A DNA stretch of 64,000 bases from a virus (lineage: Duplodnaviria; Caudoviricetes), in the IMG/VR virus record IMGVR_UViG_3300011442_000001, positions 28,948-92,947 of that record. One strand, 5' to 3'. The translations under genes were made by a program, and so were the position numbers. The notes beneath the pieces were generated by a model. The model had not been told where the DNA came from. It did no database searches and saw only the letters and a list, made by a program, of their open reading frames with translations. Positions 44,286-55,504 of the stretch are shown piece by piece. Within the stretch, counting starts at the first letter, position 1, and each line of letters begins with the position of its first letter.

Positions 44286-45032
44286 ATGCCTAGAGTAAGC
44301 GTAATAACCCCTGTTTACAATCCTAAAGAATCTTTTTGGGAAATAAGCAGGGAAAGTATTTTGAACCAGACCAGCAATGATTTTGAATGGATTGTAGTAG
44401 ACGACGGCTCAACAGAAGAAAAAAGATTCGAGTATGATATTCTTTTGGAAAGAAACTATGGGCCTTCTGTTGCACGTAATGCAGGTTTCAATATATCCAG
44501 GGGAGATATTATTACCTATCTTGACTTGGGAGATGAATTAGCTTCCGACCGTATAGAGAATATCATTAAACTATTCGATGAATTCAAAATTGAACTTTTG
44601 TTTTCTGCTTACAATATTATCCAGAATGGACAGCCCTTTAGATTTGACCATTTCGATTATATTGGAAAGCATCCGAACTTCCCTACCGCTTTTGAATACA
44701 TTAGAATTTTACAAACGCAGAACATTTCTATCCCTTTAGGAGTGGCCCATAAAAGAACTCCCTTTATATTAGCAGGAGGTTTCCAGAGAGGAATAGTCTG
44801 TGGAGAAGATGGAATTCTATGGAGAAGAATGGTGGATAGAATAGCATCATACCAGATAATGTTCTCAGATGACTTGGCTGGAGATTACTATATAACAGAA
44901 AATGGACAATCCAGAACACAACGAAGATTTGAAATGGGCGGTTTTGCTTTTGATGGAAGCAGAAACGATAATGGAAAATACCTTGATGAGGGTTGGTTCA
45001 AGACATTTTCAAGTGAAGGATTATATGACTGA
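44286..45032 (+). CDS. GT2 glycosyltransferase
   Basis: VSVITPVYN, VVDDGS, N.GPS.ARN, GED. Confidence 0.9.
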   Translation: MPRVSVITPVYNPKESFWEISRESILNQTSNDFEWIVVDDGSTEEKRFEYDILLERNYGPSVARNAGFNISRGDIITYLDLGDELASDRIENIIKLFDEFKIELLFSAYNIIQNGQPFRFDHFDYIGKHPNFPTAFEYIRILQTQNISIPLGVAHKRTPFILAGGFQRGIVCGEDGILWRRMVDRIASYQIMFSDDLAGDYYITENGQSRTQRRFEMGGFAFDGSRNDNGKYLDEGWFKTFSSEGLYD

Positions 45033-45459
45033 TGAATGGAAAGATAAAGTAATAGACGGAGTAAAGTGGGTGCATAATTTCATGGACTTTGTAGTAGCGG
45101 AGAGAAGCCAGATTTACGGTACATTGATTCATCTATTTCTCTTATTGCAGACAGAATCAATTATCCTTCCAGATAGAGAAACTCTCATAGAGTACGGAGA
45201 AAAGTATTATGTTCTGTTCGCCCCTAATGAAGAAGGTATCTGGGAAGCTTCCATAAAAGAAAGAGAGAGCAATGAAAGCAAAAACGATTTATTGGATTAA
45301 TACTTTAGGGACTCAGAGAGTTAACTTTGTTGTGAATAACTTTGACTTTATTCCTCCAGCAGGGTTAGTGGCTATGTATGGAGTGAAGAAGTGCAACTGG
45401 ATAACTTACTATCTATTTATAAAAACAAAAGTAAATTTACTTGCGGAGGATAAATTCAA

Positions 45460-45720
45460 ATGGCTAAGAAACTCAGAAACGGGAAGTTTGCCTGTAGTGT
45501 ATGCGGTTTTGAATACTCTTCTGCGCCTCACGCAGACGGTTGTAGGGACAGTCATCAGCTTTTATACATTCCTGTCTCGAAAACAGAACTAAACCGATTA
45601 CTAAATGCTATCGTTCTGGGGGATTTGGATTTGATACCAGAGCATTTGATTCTTACCTTACAGAAGTACGCAAGATTTCAGGTGACAGATGGCTCACAGA
45701 GTAAAGTGCAAGACTTGTAA
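45460..45720 (+). CDS. Small Zn-finger protein
   Basis: CSVC...C...H. Confidence 0.5.
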   Translation: MAKKLRNGKFACSVCGFEYSSAPHADGCRDSHQLLYIPVSKTELNRLLNAIVLGDLDLIPEHLILTLQKYARFQVTDGSQSKVQDL

Positions 45721-46135
45721 TTCATGCATGTCAGCAGTATGGCCTAATGGGATAACCAGACTTTATTATTGTGGTTTCTGTGAAGTATGGTATGGTGGAA
45801 CTGTAGATGAGTTAGTGGTAGTTCCAAATCCCAATGAGGAGAAAATAGATGAATATAAAAACAGGATTGAAGACCCTATTCGAGATGATGAAGGAGAGAA
45901 TGATGGATAATTACCAGTATCAGCCTTTGGTAAAAAATCCTGAGTTTGGATTTGAAAGAGGGTATTCAAGCAAGTTCAAAGCAAAAGATACTGTAGAGAC
46001 TCTGGAAGGATTGTTAACAGAACTACATGCTTTAAAGATGGAGGGCTTTGAAGTTGTTGATATTAGAATCGAGAACAGATACAATGGAGATTATCATTTA
46101 ATAGCTATAGTTCGAAATAATGATATGTATATAAA

Positions 46136-46507
46136 ATGAATATAAACTTTCCCATCAACTTTAGATTTGCAATAGCACAAAGTAAAAAGTCTCTTATGCG
46201 TGAGAAGGTAGGTGCTTGCTTGGTTGTGGGAAAGAGCATTTTAAAAGGGGTGAATAAGGATAAGACCCATACTCGCTATGCTAATCCACATCTACATAGC
46301 AGACTTTCTGTACATGCGGAGTTGGACTGCTTGAACAAGGCTCCAGTTACAGATGGGGGAGTTATTTACGTATACAGGGAGGTTCATGGTGTTCCGGCTA
46401 TGGCTAGACCTTGTGAGCATTGCTTGACTTTTTTGAAGAAAGCAGGTATAATCGAGCTATATTATAGCATACCTGATTATCCTTATTGGAAAAGAGAGAC
46501 GATATGA
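46136..46507 (+). CDS. CMP/dCMP-type deaminase
   Basis: HAE and PCxxC motifs. Confidence 0.85.
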   Translation: MNINFPINFRFAIAQSKKSLMREKVGACLVVGKSILKGVNKDKTHTRYANPHLHSRLSVHAELDCLNKAPVTDGGVIYVYREVHGVPAMARPCEHCLTFLKKAGIIELYYSIPDYPYWKRETI

Positions 46508-46737
46508 TTTATTCTTTTTATTGCAGAACTTGCCAAGCCAGCTTTGAAGTTGAGATGTCAAGAGAGAAATATGCGTCTCATTCAGCACACTATGCCGGTA
46601 CGGGTAGGTGGGTTGCGGAGTATTTCCAATGCACTTTATGTGGCTCCAGAGATACCCAAAGAAGCTACAATGTTGCCATACCTGTTCATTTTGTAGGGAG
46701 TGGTTTTACCAAAACAGTAAAGAAGCAGGAAGAATGA
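46504..46737 (+). CDS. FmdB-like Zn-ribbon protein
   Basis: Y...C..C...FE...C..CGS...F.GSGF. Confidence 0.65.
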   Translation: MIYSFYCRTCQASFEVEMSREKYASHSAHYAGTGRWVAEYFQCTLCGSRDTQRSYNVAIPVHFVGSGFTKTVKKQEE

Positions 46738-46860
46738 TTACCCTTATAGTTCTATTTCTAAGTGAAGGTAGGTCTACAGAAAGAATGCTTCTTGCGGCTC
46801 TAGCCCTAGATGCAATAGTAGAATCCATATTACTCATTTTTGCGGTAACGGAGTTGGTAA

Positions 46861-47823
46861 ATGCCTGAGTCAATTATTAGAAATTTAGTCGAAGAAGATT
46901 TTGGTTATAAGAGAGAAGGCTCAAACTGGGGCAGGTCTGAAAAGCATAGCTCTCTGATTGTAAACGAGTCTTCTGAAAAGTGGTACTGGAACTCTGAGCA
47001 TATTGGTGGTACTGCTTTGGACTATTTGATTCTAATCAGACATTATACAAAAGATAAAGCCAAGGAACTTCTAGGTATCAGGGAGAAGTTCAATATAGGA
47101 CAGTACATAGAGACCCCTGAAAAGGTTTACTACAATCCTTTTGAGAAGATGGTTGACATCATGTGGGAGTTGGGAAAAGGAAACAGGGGTTATTGGTACA
47201 AGCGTAAGCTAACCGATAAAACAATTGACCGCTATCGCTTGGGCTTTTACGATGGGTGGAGCATGTTTCCACTTTACATAGGTGACACGTTCGTCAACTT
47301 CCAATGTAGAAGAGACGAACCGGAAAAGAAGATTAGGCTGTGGTATACAGAAGAGAAATGGAAGCCAGTTCTTATCAATGCCGAGATACTAAACATAGTT
47401 GATAAAGTATTCATCACTGAGGGGACGGTAGACGCACTTCTGTTGACACAGGAAGGCATCCCTGCCGTGGCTCAAACAAGCGGGGCGGTGTATTGGAGTC
47501 CATTCTGGTATTCTTCGTTCAATCGTATAAAGAGCATCTATTATATCACAGACAACGACGAAGCGGGTCGCATAGCGGCTGGCAGAGTGTCAAAGGCACT
47601 AGGTCAGGACAGAGTAAAGGTCTATCAGTTCAAAGACAAGGCAGAGAAGTATGATACGGTTGACTTCTTTAGGGACGGGGGCAATGCCAAGGAGTTTAAA
47701 GAACTGGTGGAAAAGGATTCAAAATACTTATTTGAGATAGGAGAACTAAATGCCAGCAGACCCAAAAATAAACGCAGTGAAAGAAGATTCCTTCGTACTA
47801 AAGGAACTCAAAGACCTTATTAG
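46861..47823 (+). CDS. DNA primase (TOPRIM)
   Basis: ITEG.VDAL, DND.AG. Confidence 0.85.
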   Translation: MPESIIRNLVEEDFGYKREGSNWGRSEKHSSLIVNESSEKWYWNSEHIGGTALDYLILIRHYTKDKAKELLGIREKFNIGQYIETPEKVYYNPFEKMVDIMWELGKGNRGYWYKRKLTDKTIDRYRLGFYDGWSMFPLYIGDTFVNFQCRRDEPEKKIRLWYTEEKWKPVLINAEILNIVDKVFITEGTVDALLLTQEGIPAVAQTSGAVYWSPFWYSSFNRIKSIYYITDNDEAGRIAAGRVSKALGQDRVKVYQFKDKAEKYDTVDFFRDGGNAKEFKELVEKDSKYLFEIGELNASRPKNKRSERRFLRTKGTQRPY

Positions 47824-47940
47824 TAAGCTGGAGCAGGGGAAGATACAGGCTCTAAGCGTCCAATCAGAAGCCAAACTGGTAGACGTAGCAGGTTCAATGT
47901 ACGAAAAGCGCACTACAGTTTCATTTTCGGAGATTGTAAA

Positions 47941-48477
47941 ATGAACATAGGAATTGACATTGATGGAGTAGTTTACCCTTGGCACGATAGCATCTATAGA
48001 TACTTCAAAGAAGAGAAGAGGTTTACTGGTACTGCCAGAGAGTTTTGGAAGTACTTTATGTCTCTACCTGTAGACGTGCAGATGTACTATGTAAGCATTC
48101 CAATACACTATCTAGATGCGTCTCCAACTGATGATGTACTTACTTATTTGCCATTGATTGCTGAACTCGGAACCGTTTACTATGTAACTAACCGAACCCC
48201 GGACTTGATGCCAGTAACCCGGAAATTTTTCAATAACTTTTCATTGCCATTTAAGGAAAATGTGATTTTTACAGACACCAAGGCTAATTACATACGCCTA
48301 CTCAATATAGAAATGTATCTGGATGATAGGGGTAAGAATGTAGACGAGGTTGTGGGCCTTACTGATGCCTACCTTTTCAAGGCTGTTCATAATTGGGAGT
48401 ATAGGGACAAATATAAACTCATTAATTCCATGAAAGAATTCTATGAAAAGATTAAAGGAGAAAGAAAAAGTGGATAA
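47941..48477 (+). CDS. HAD 5'(3')-deoxyribonucleotidase-like protein
   Basis: IGIDIDGV, VT.R, K, LDD. Confidence 0.8.
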   Translation: MNIGIDIDGVVYPWHDSIYRYFKEEKRFTGTAREFWKYFMSLPVDVQMYYVSIPIHYLDASPTDDVLTYLPLIAELGTVYYVTNRTPDLMPVTRKFFNNFSLPFKENVIFTDTKANYIRLLNIEMYLDDRGKNVDEVVGLTDAYLFKAVHNWEYRDKYKLINSMKEFYEKIKGERKSG

Positions 48478-48824
48478 GTTTCAAGGTAAATGGATACAAG
48501 AACTTAAAAGTTTGATAGACAACGAAGATGTGTGGGAGTTTGTAGAACCTAAATTAGATAGAATAGATGTGTTCCTACAACTAGCCGCATCGGAAACAGA
48601 CAATGAATTTCTGCACGATGATATAATGAGATTGCTAAATGGAGATAAACAATGAATGAAGATGATGATAGAAGTTTGGGAAGAAGATTGAGACAGGTTG
48701 CACAGCTAGATAATATGGTAACTGGTGAGAAAAGAAACACATCTAGAGTAGTTGCTATGTTTGTTGTACTTGCTGTACTAATTATGTGTTCTGGAGTTTT
48801 AGCATACACGTTAGGCTTATTCCA

Positions 48825-49205
48825 ATGAACCTAACAGAGCAGGTAATAGAATATTACAAAATTAGAAGTCTAAATAAGCCTAACATTTGGGAATCTTTAG
48901 GATGGGCTATATCAGAATTGGGGGAAGTATATGAAGTCTTAATGTCATGGAATTCAAGGTGGGTGAGAAACAACCCACAAGACCACCCAGTAAAAACTAA
49001 AGAAGACTTGGCTGAAGAGTTGGGTGATGTAATTATGATGATAATAGCAGCAGGACTGTCTGAAGGGGTAGACCCTATAGCTGCCATGCGTAATAAAATG
49101 AAAAGAAAATTGGAAGAAGACAAGCAAAAAAATAGGCAATCATCTTCTTACATAAAAGCAGAAATTCCAGTTCAGATGGAATTTCTTGATAAGGGAATAG
49201 AATGA
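48825..49205 (+). CDS. MazG-like NTP pyrophosphatase
   Basis: ELGEVYE...EELGD; likely start MNLTE. Confidence 0.8.
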   Translation: MNLTEQVIEYYKIRSLNKPNIWESLGWAISELGEVYEVLMSWNSRWVRNNPQDHPVKTKEDLAEELGDVIMMIIAAGLSEGVDPIAAMRNKMKRKLEEDKQKNRQSSSYIKAEIPVQMEFLDKGIE

Positions 49206-49615
49206 CTATAAATACAGATATAAAACATAACGTGTTTGGAGATGGAGAATTTCCTGTAGACGAATCTATTTTAGATAATATTACAGAAGAACAACGACAA
49301 CTGGTTAGAGGTATGATGAAGTCTGGATATTACAGGGACGGAATCCATCTTTCCAGTTTCCTGAGAGAAGACCTTACCATTAATCTTGAGTTATTGGAAC
49401 TGGCTGTTACACTGTCTATTATCGCATCGGAAGCTAATTCAGATTTAGATGTAACATTAAAGCTTAGAGGTTTGGAAGAGTACTATCAAAAAAGGGGAGT
49501 TCTTGGAAACCCTAAGCAGGAGAATGAAGAGAGAATTTTCATGCTTGGTTTTGTTACAGCGATAGCGGCAGAAGCTTCCAAGAACGATACATTAGAAGTA
49601 AAGTATGTGAAATGA
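49202..49615 (+). CDS. Hypothetical protein
   Basis: 137-aa coupled ORF. Confidence 0.55.
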   Translation: MTINTDIKHNVFGDGEFPVDESILDNITEEQRQLVRGMMKSGYYRDGIHLSSFLREDLTINLELLELAVTLSIIASEANSDLDVTLKLRGLEEYYQKRGVLGNPKQENEERIFMLGFVTAIAAEASKNDTLEVKYVK

Positions 49616-50316
49616 TAGATTTAACTAAATATCTGGATTACAGGATAGATGCAGTTTGTGGAGACCAAAAAATCCTGATTAATTCTGTAGCCGGTTCTAT
49701 AAATTTGGCTTATTGTGATGTCATCTACGAAGACGAAGACATAGAATGGGTAGCAGGTATCTATGATAAAGTTCCAAGGGGAGGAATTATAATAATTCAG
49801 ACGGACTGGCATACAGATTATTTGTACAGGGCTTTTTTACAGAACTATCTGGGAGCTAATTTCATCAATCATCTGGTATGGAAGAATGAATGGGGAAATC
49901 ATCCAAAGAATAAGTTCCACCAGTGCTACGATGATATTCTAATTTTTTCCAAGGGAAAGGATTATAAGTTTTACCCCGATAGAATTCAAGTCCCCAAAGC
50001 TACAGCAAATACCAAACTAAACCCCTCTGGAAGAGTCACCAAAACTGCTACTGCATGGATTGATGATATTTGTTTGACTACTACTTCCAAGGAGAGAGTT
50101 AAGGATGAAACAGGCCACAATGTACGCTGGCAGAAACCATTGAAATTATATGATAGAATTATCCTGCCTTTCACAGATTTTTTCGATATGATTTTTGACC
50201 CGTTCATGGGAGTAGCATCCTTGGGAAAGTGGTCTCAGCAAAATAAACGTAACTACTTTGGAACAGAAATACAGAAGAAAGTCTACGAACTTGCCCTGAA
50301 AAATCTAGGAATTTAA
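49612..50316 (+). CDS. Beta-class N4/N6 DNA methyltransferase (variant catalytic motif)
   Basis: DVIY at the DPPY position; QKP; DPFMG; G.EI. Confidence 0.8.
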   Translation: MIDLTKYLDYRIDAVCGDQKILINSVAGSINLAYCDVIYEDEDIEWVAGIYDKVPRGGIIIIQTDWHTDYLYRAFLQNYLGANFINHLVWKNEWGNHPKNKFHQCYDDILIFSKGKDYKFYPDRIQVPKATANTKLNPSGRVTKTATAWIDDICLTTTSKERVKDETGHNVRWQKPLKLYDRIILPFTDFFDMIFDPFMGVASLGKWSQQNKRNYFGTEIQKKVYELALKNLGI

Positions 50317-50326
50317 AAGTAGACAA

Positions 50327-50360
50327 CAAAAAACCCCGACTTTCGCCGGGGTTTCTTTTC
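50327..50360. terminator. Bidirectional intrinsic terminator
   Basis: AAAAAA-CCCCG-actttcgc-CGGGG-TTTCTTTT between convergent operons. Confidence 0.85.
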
Positions 50361-50534
50361 TATTAAATTGGCAGAGTGTTTAGGATTTACCCATAAAGAT
50401 AATTGGCGGGAAGAAGAAAGCCACAACAGCCAAGAGGTTCGCACCACCGGTAAGTTTCACATAGGTTGCCGCCATAAATCCAAGCACAAACCACAGTAGA
50501 ATCAGTCCACCACAAGCGTTCAGAATCAGGTTCA

Positions 50535-50963
50535 TTATTTGCCTCCAATCTTAGTTACAGAATATTCTTTACCATCTTCGTCAACAAATATAACCCAGGT
50601 TTTCTGGAGAGATGCACTAATATCGTTGTAGGTAACATCATTGGGCCACCAATCCAGAACTCCATCCCATAAATCATCCTCACGAAATTCTTCCCCAGCC
50701 TGGGCATAGAAATCCTTCTCTTTTTTATCATAATCAGAACTTGTACGGTAATCAATTTCTACATTATGACTCATGGAATCCCTCCAAACTAGATACTTAA
50801 GAATTCCCTCCAACTCTTCAATAGTTTCCAAGGAAATACACTCCTTGGTATAGGCGTCAGCATCCCCATGCATAAATTCTCCCCATAAATACATGCCAGG
50901 TTTTCTCTTCTCATTCACTGAAGTAAGAGCATACCCAGATTCTAGAAGCAAGTTTTTTTCCAT
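50535..50963 (-). CDS. Acidic hypothetical protein
   Basis: 142-aa ORF with AAGGA RBS. Confidence 0.55.
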   Translation of the reverse strand: MEKNLLLESGYALTSVNEKRKPGMYLWGEFMHGDADAYTKECISLETIEELEGILKYLVWRDSMSHNVEIDYRTSSDYDKKEKDFYAQAGEEFREDDLWDGVLDWWPNDVTYNDISASLQKTWVIFVDEDGKEYSVTKIGGK

Positions 50964-51190
50964 ATTATCCTTTCAAGATATAATACCCCTCCCATTTCTG
51001 AGAGGGGTACTTCTATTTATTTACTGGTTTTTACCCACCCATGAGCGGGTAACCAATTCTGAGTAAAATTGTTCAGGACTTCCCACATCAGAGTCTTTAG
51101 AGCATAGCCTCCGCCAATTCCAAACAAAATATGACCAGTCGCCCATGTAGTAAACTCGTCAAAACTCATGTCTTTTATTTCCATGACGAT

Positions 51191-51490
51191 TTACTTCCTA
51201 TGGTTCTTGAAGTATTCATCCCAAATCTTTGTCTTGTCTTCCTTGGACAAACCTTCAGGAATAACTCCCTCGTCATCAGGTCTTTCCACCTGCCACAGCA
51301 AATCTGCCAGAGCAACCTTCCTACCTTTACTCTTCTCAAATCTGTCTGTGTGATACAGTGTGGCAGTTCCCTGAATTCCTGTTTCCACAAGAGTTCCATT
51401 TTCTTTGACCACAGAAAGACTAGCCAAAGTTGTGGTATTCAGGCGGGAAAAACGAACAGAGTAGGTCTTACCGTTCAAATCAAAAAACAT
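51191..51490 (-). CDS. Hypothetical protein
   Basis: D.FEKSKGRK.AL motif; AGGAG RBS. Confidence 0.6.
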   Translation of the reverse strand: MFFDLNGKTYSVRFSRLNTTTLASLSVVKENGTLVETGIQGTATLYHTDRFEKSKGRKVALADLLWQVERPDDEGVIPEGLSKEDKTKIWDEYFKNHRK

Positions 51491-51501
51491 TTTTTTCTCC
51501 T

Positions 51502-52152
51502 TTACTTTACTAAAGATTTAGGTGATTCATCGTTCTCGATGGATTTCTTGAAGAAATATCCACCAGCAGTGTGGTAAATAACAACCCCCTTCGGCTTCAT
51601 AAAACCCGGAGCAGCTTTGCTACCTCCTACTTTCAAGTCTACCATGAGAACTTTCCAGATTTTCTCTGTATCAAATTCTCCGGTATAAAGAACAGGAACA
51701 ACATAACAGGATGGAATTTCCAGACATCTTGTATCCGAATCCATAGTATTTCCATCGTTGAACTTGGAAGTCCATCTGGCTGTATTAAACAGAGAAAATC
51801 TCTTCTCTTTTAGTCCATAGTTTTTCTGAATTCCCTGCCCCCACCACTCACCAAAATGTCTTCCATCACCAAGAGCTAGTAATTCTTCACCATGTTCCGA
51901 TACCCAGCGAGCAAACCCAGAATTGTCTGTCTGTTTACCGGGAGTAATCCAGCGGGTTCTGCTTCCAGCAAACATACACAAAGTACCACCCTCAACTTCC
52001 TTAGCAAAAGCCACAGGCCAGTCTCTTAAACATTCATCTATTCCCCTGCCATAAACTTCCATAGCAATCTGGGCATTTGTTCCATCAATCTTCTCAGTAA
52101 TAACCATTTCCTTACTAAGCCTTGAAATTTTTGAAAAACTCTCGAAATCCAT
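51502..52152 (-). CDS. ATP-dependent RNA ligase (Rnl2-like)
   Basis: TEKIDGTNA (motif I), SR.R, GEW.G.GIQ, F.LFN, G.V; motif IV E is replaced by K. Confidence 0.8.
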   Translation of the reverse strand: MDFESFSKISRLSKEMVITEKIDGTNAQIAMEVYGRGIDECLRDWPVAFAKEVEGGTLCMFAGSRTRWITPGKQTDNSGFARWVSEHGEELLALGDGRHFGEWWGQGIQKNYGLKEKRFSLFNTARWTSKFNDGNTMDSDTRCLEIPSCYVVPVLYTGEFDTEKIWKVLMVDLKVGGSKAAPGFMKPKGVVIYHTAGGYFFKKSIENDESPKSLVK

Positions 52153-52225
52153 AGAAAACCTCCTTCCAATTCCTAATTAATTTTGGGGCGAACTTTCTAA
52201 ATTTGACCTTACAAAAATGCAAGGT

Positions 52226-52936
52226 CTATTCCACAGGAGCAGATGGAAATTGTTTGAACCCAACTATTCCTGTATTATGTACTCTGCTCATATTGTTAAA
52301 GGAATTCCAGTCATGTTTTGGACGCAATCCCTTCAAAAGAGCGGAGAATCTATTCAGGGAAGTTCCAAGATTTCCGACATCTGGTGTAATATACCGGGGA
52401 TATTTATTCGGAGGAGTTTGTTCCCAGCTAGAATACTTGGAAAGCTCCTTTAAATACTCCATAGGACTTTCTTTACCAGCATATCCTCCAGAAATCCTGA
52501 TAAGAGTTGTGTAGGCACTCAGGAGTGGGCCATTTACAGTCCACTCCTTGTTGAATTCCACCACAATAATCTTGGGGTCATCCGTTCCATAGACCTTGCT
52601 CTCAGGAATTCCAAGAGCCTCTTCAAAGGTATTCAGGAATTTCTGCAAGTGGGGAGCTTTCTCTTCCAGTTCCAGAGAACCTCCGTGTAAAGCCAGCTTG
52701 AAGTATTCCACATCCATATCCAGCATTCCTTGCTTCCACAGCATTCCCCAGATTTCTCCAGAATGTCCAGTATATTCCGTGTAGAAAATATCCTGAATAT
52801 AGTCTTTGCATTCAAAGGGGCTATGAAGCGCACGATAATTCTTATCTACCAGAAGATACTGGAATTTATGATTGGAAATCTGGCAATACCGGAACTCCTT
52901 AATTGGAGTCATATCAACATGAACTTTTTCTGACAT
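52226..52936 (-). CDS. Hypothetical protein, possibly amidoligase-cluster associated
   Basis: F.CKDYIQD motif; adjacent to the ligase cluster. Confidence 0.4.
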   Translation of the reverse strand: MSEKVHVDMTPIKEFRYCQISNHKFQYLLVDKNYRALHSPFECKDYIQDIFYTEYTGHSGEIWGMLWKQGMLDMDVEYFKLALHGGSLELEEKAPHLQKFLNTFEEALGIPESKVYGTDDPKIIVVEFNKEWTVNGPLLSAYTTLIRISGGYAGKESPMEYLKELSKYSSWEQTPPNKYPRYITPDVGNLGTSLNRFSALLKGLRPKHDWNSFNNMSRVHNTGIVGFKQFPSAPVE

Positions 52937-53390
52937 TTTTTTTTCTCCTTTTACTTTCTTCTAAAGATTAAGATGATACGCTTCCAGAAAGAAAATCTAC
53001 CATTCCATTCTCTAGCAAAATCCTCATTATCTGTTCTGGCAAACGATTTACTAAGCCAAAGCTTGTACAATTTCATGATAATGCTTCCTTTAGCAGTTCT
53101 TTGATTTCTCTGGAATCTTTTTCTGAAAAGTCTTCAGACATCTCTGCAATAGTTTCCTTATCTAATTTCAGCTTTAGACCTAGATATTTCATATAGAGAA
53201 AAGCCTCATTCAGGGCATCACTGAGAACTTTCAGAAAATCCTGTCCAGAACAATCACCTAACTCTTCCTTGGATTCCCAGAGGGGAACTTCTCTACTCGG
53301 AATTTCTAAATCCAAATAGAGAAAATCCCTTCCATCATCTTCGGGTGTCCCTACATATAACTTCAAGCATACATCTTGGGGCATTTATTG

Positions 53391-53831
53391 TCAAACTCCT
53401 TTCTCATAAACTGTTGTGTCCAAGGTAGAGTGATTATCACCCTTATTTATCGTGAACACAGTTACGATAGTTCCGTCTGACGAAATGACCAGAACCAAAT
53501 CCACAGGAAATTGTTCAAAGGTAAATCTGAAACAGGCTCTCTGGATTATTTGGTCTTTTGCTTTGAACTCAAAGACCAGAGAGTTTACTAGTGATGTTTT
53601 TCTTATGGATTTCAGCAGATATTTCAGCAGTTCACTTCCATAGCGGAAACTATACTTGACAACCTTCTCCACAGAATGCGGAGAAAACACGGTGGAACTA
53701 TTCTTCCGAATAGCTTCAATGAAAGAGTTCAGGGACTCTTCCGCCCAAGGGGGATAGTAAATATCCCTGTGAAAGCGTTTCAGACGCTTCTGTAGTTTTT
53801 TATTCGTCATTTGTGAAAGCGTCCTAGTCAA
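53391..53831 (-). CDS. Hypothetical protein
   Basis: 146 aa ending T.F..N..D.H.TLD...Y. Confidence 0.5.
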   Translation of the reverse strand: MTRTLSQMTNKKLQKRLKRFHRDIYYPPWAEESLNSFIEAIRKNSSTVFSPHSVEKVVKYSFRYGSELLKYLLKSIRKTSLVNSLVFEFKAKDQIIQRACFRFTFEQFPVDLVLVISSDGTIVTVFTINKGDNHSTLDTTVYEKGV

Positions 53832-54552
53832 GGATAGTGGTAGACGCTTCTTGTGAGACTTTAATACTAAGAGGTTTTAAGGTGGGCTTTTTTGAAGGAA
53901 TATTCTCGGTCAGAGAAAGTGGATTAACTTTTTCTTCAGTCCAACCCTCAATAAATTCCACGAACTTCCCGATGTTGGGATGTTTCAACATATATTCTGG
54001 ATGAAATTGTACACCCAGAAACTTATTATCCCATACAGCAACTTCTGGAATCTTGGTATAAGGCTCTCTAGCCAAAACTCTACCATAGCTTCCATCACCG
54101 AATCTATTCACACCCTGATGATGGACAGAATTTACTTCAGGAAATATGGTGGAAAGAGCAGAAGGAATTTCCCAAGTAAGCTTGTGAAAAGTAGGGTGTT
54201 CTCTTCCATAGGAAGATTTAATATCATACACCAGAGTTCCTCCAAAGGAAACATTGAGAAGTTGCATCCCCCGACAAACTCCCAGAACTTTCTTAGGTCT
54301 TCCTCTGTGTAGTAAGCGCACCTCTCTAATCAAGCTAAGTTCCCACTTATCTCTGGCAGTATCAAATTTGGCATGGTTTGGGGGAGTAAGTCCGTACATT
54401 TCTGGGAAAATATCTATTCCACCGGGTACTATGAGCAAATCACACTCCCAAATATCCCCATAAAGATTTTTGGGAAATACTGATACATCATGCTCGTGGA
54501 AAAGCTCCTTGAAATATCCAAAATCTTCGGCCACTGTTGTATAAATTTTCAT
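53824..54552 (-). CDS. Class I glutamine amidotransferase / peptidase C26 (PuuD-like)
   Basis: PGG.D, GVCRGMQLLNV..GG.L, NS.HHQ, GVQFHPE. Confidence 0.9.
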   Translation of the reverse strand: MKIYTTVAEDFGYFKELFHEHDVSVFPKNLYGDIWECDLLIVPGGIDIFPEMYGLTPPNHAKFDTARDKWELSLIREVRLLHRGRPKKVLGVCRGMQLLNVSFGGTLVYDIKSSYGREHPTFHKLTWEIPSALSTIFPEVNSVHHQGVNRFGDGSYGRVLAREPYTKIPEVAVWDNKFLGVQFHPEYMLKHPNIGKFVEFIEGWTEEKVNPLSLTENIPSKKPTLKPLSIKVSQEASTTILD

Positions 54553-54566
54553 AACACTCCTCTCAA

Positions 54567-55490
54567 CTAAAGTCTGGTCTCAATATAGGCCAGAATTTCT
54601 CTGGCTTTTCCTTGGTCTGCTGACAGAATTGTAGGACAGGCTTCTTCCACCAGTTCTTTTGTCAACTCTTCCCCCAAGGAAGTTTCCAGCAAACCATGTA
54701 TTCCAATTCCTGCCCAATGGAGAACTGGGCCAGCAATCTCCCAGCTACTCAGCCATCTTGCAGAGCAAGTTCTGTACTCAATTCCTACTCGGTAATCATC
54801 CCCAAAAGGATTATCACCATAATTCTGAACACGAAAACGACCGGGTTTCCCATAGTGAAAAGTCCGACGCTTCTCTAGGTCAGGAACATCTGAGAAAGCT
54901 ACCGCCGCTAATCCTGCGGTAATTACCATACAGCGAACTGCAAGGTGATGGTCTTCCATAATTCTCGAAGAACCACTTACATGCAAATGTCCGCCACAGT
55001 ATCTTTCTGGATGATTTTTCACATCTAGAATTTTGCACTTGGCTTCCAAATCAAATTCATCCTCATCCGGGTCACAGCCAAATGTTGTGGACATTTCAAA
55101 CAGTTCCTCATCCACAATTCCTAATGCAATTAACTCATTCCATTTTTCTACCTCCCATGCCACGGTAGGTAGAAATTGCAATTCTGGCAAACAGTAGTCA
55201 GGAAAATTTACCAGAATCTTACTCTCAACAACTTTCTTGGCATCCTGTACTGCGGCAAAAAGGTCGGCAGGATTGTGACTGGGTCTGATGGTAAACTCAA
55301 AGTTAGCACCATCCTCAATAATTTTCCAGCCATCTCCCTTCATGAACTCTGGATGCTTTTCATTACGATGTTCCACAGGAACTCCCAGAAGCTCTCTGAA
55401 CCCAAATGGAGGGTATGAGTATATCACCCCATTTTTCTCATAAACTGCCGCACATTCTGGGTCAGTTCCAAATAACAATTCTTTCTGCAT
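54567..55490 (-). CDS. phiEco32-like COOH-NH2 ligase type 2
   Basis: G.DPE, ED...E, FGCDPD, R.CGGH.H, RR..YGKPG.FR, G.EYR. Confidence 0.85.
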   Translation of the reverse strand: MQKELLFGTDPECAAVYEKNGVIYSYPPFGFRELLGVPVEHRNEKHPEFMKGDGWKIIEDGANFEFTIRPSHNPADLFAAVQDAKKVVESKILVNFPDYCLPELQFLPTVAWEVEKWNELIALGIVDEELFEMSTTFGCDPDEDEFDLEAKCKILDVKNHPERYCGGHLHVSGSSRIMEDHHLAVRCMVITAGLAAVAFSDVPDLEKRRTFHYGKPGRFRVQNYGDNPFGDDYRVGIEYRTCSARWLSSWEIAGPVLHWAGIGIHGLLETSLGEELTKELVEEACPTILSADQGKAREILAYIETRL

Positions 55491-55504
55491 TGAATTTCTC
55501 CTTT

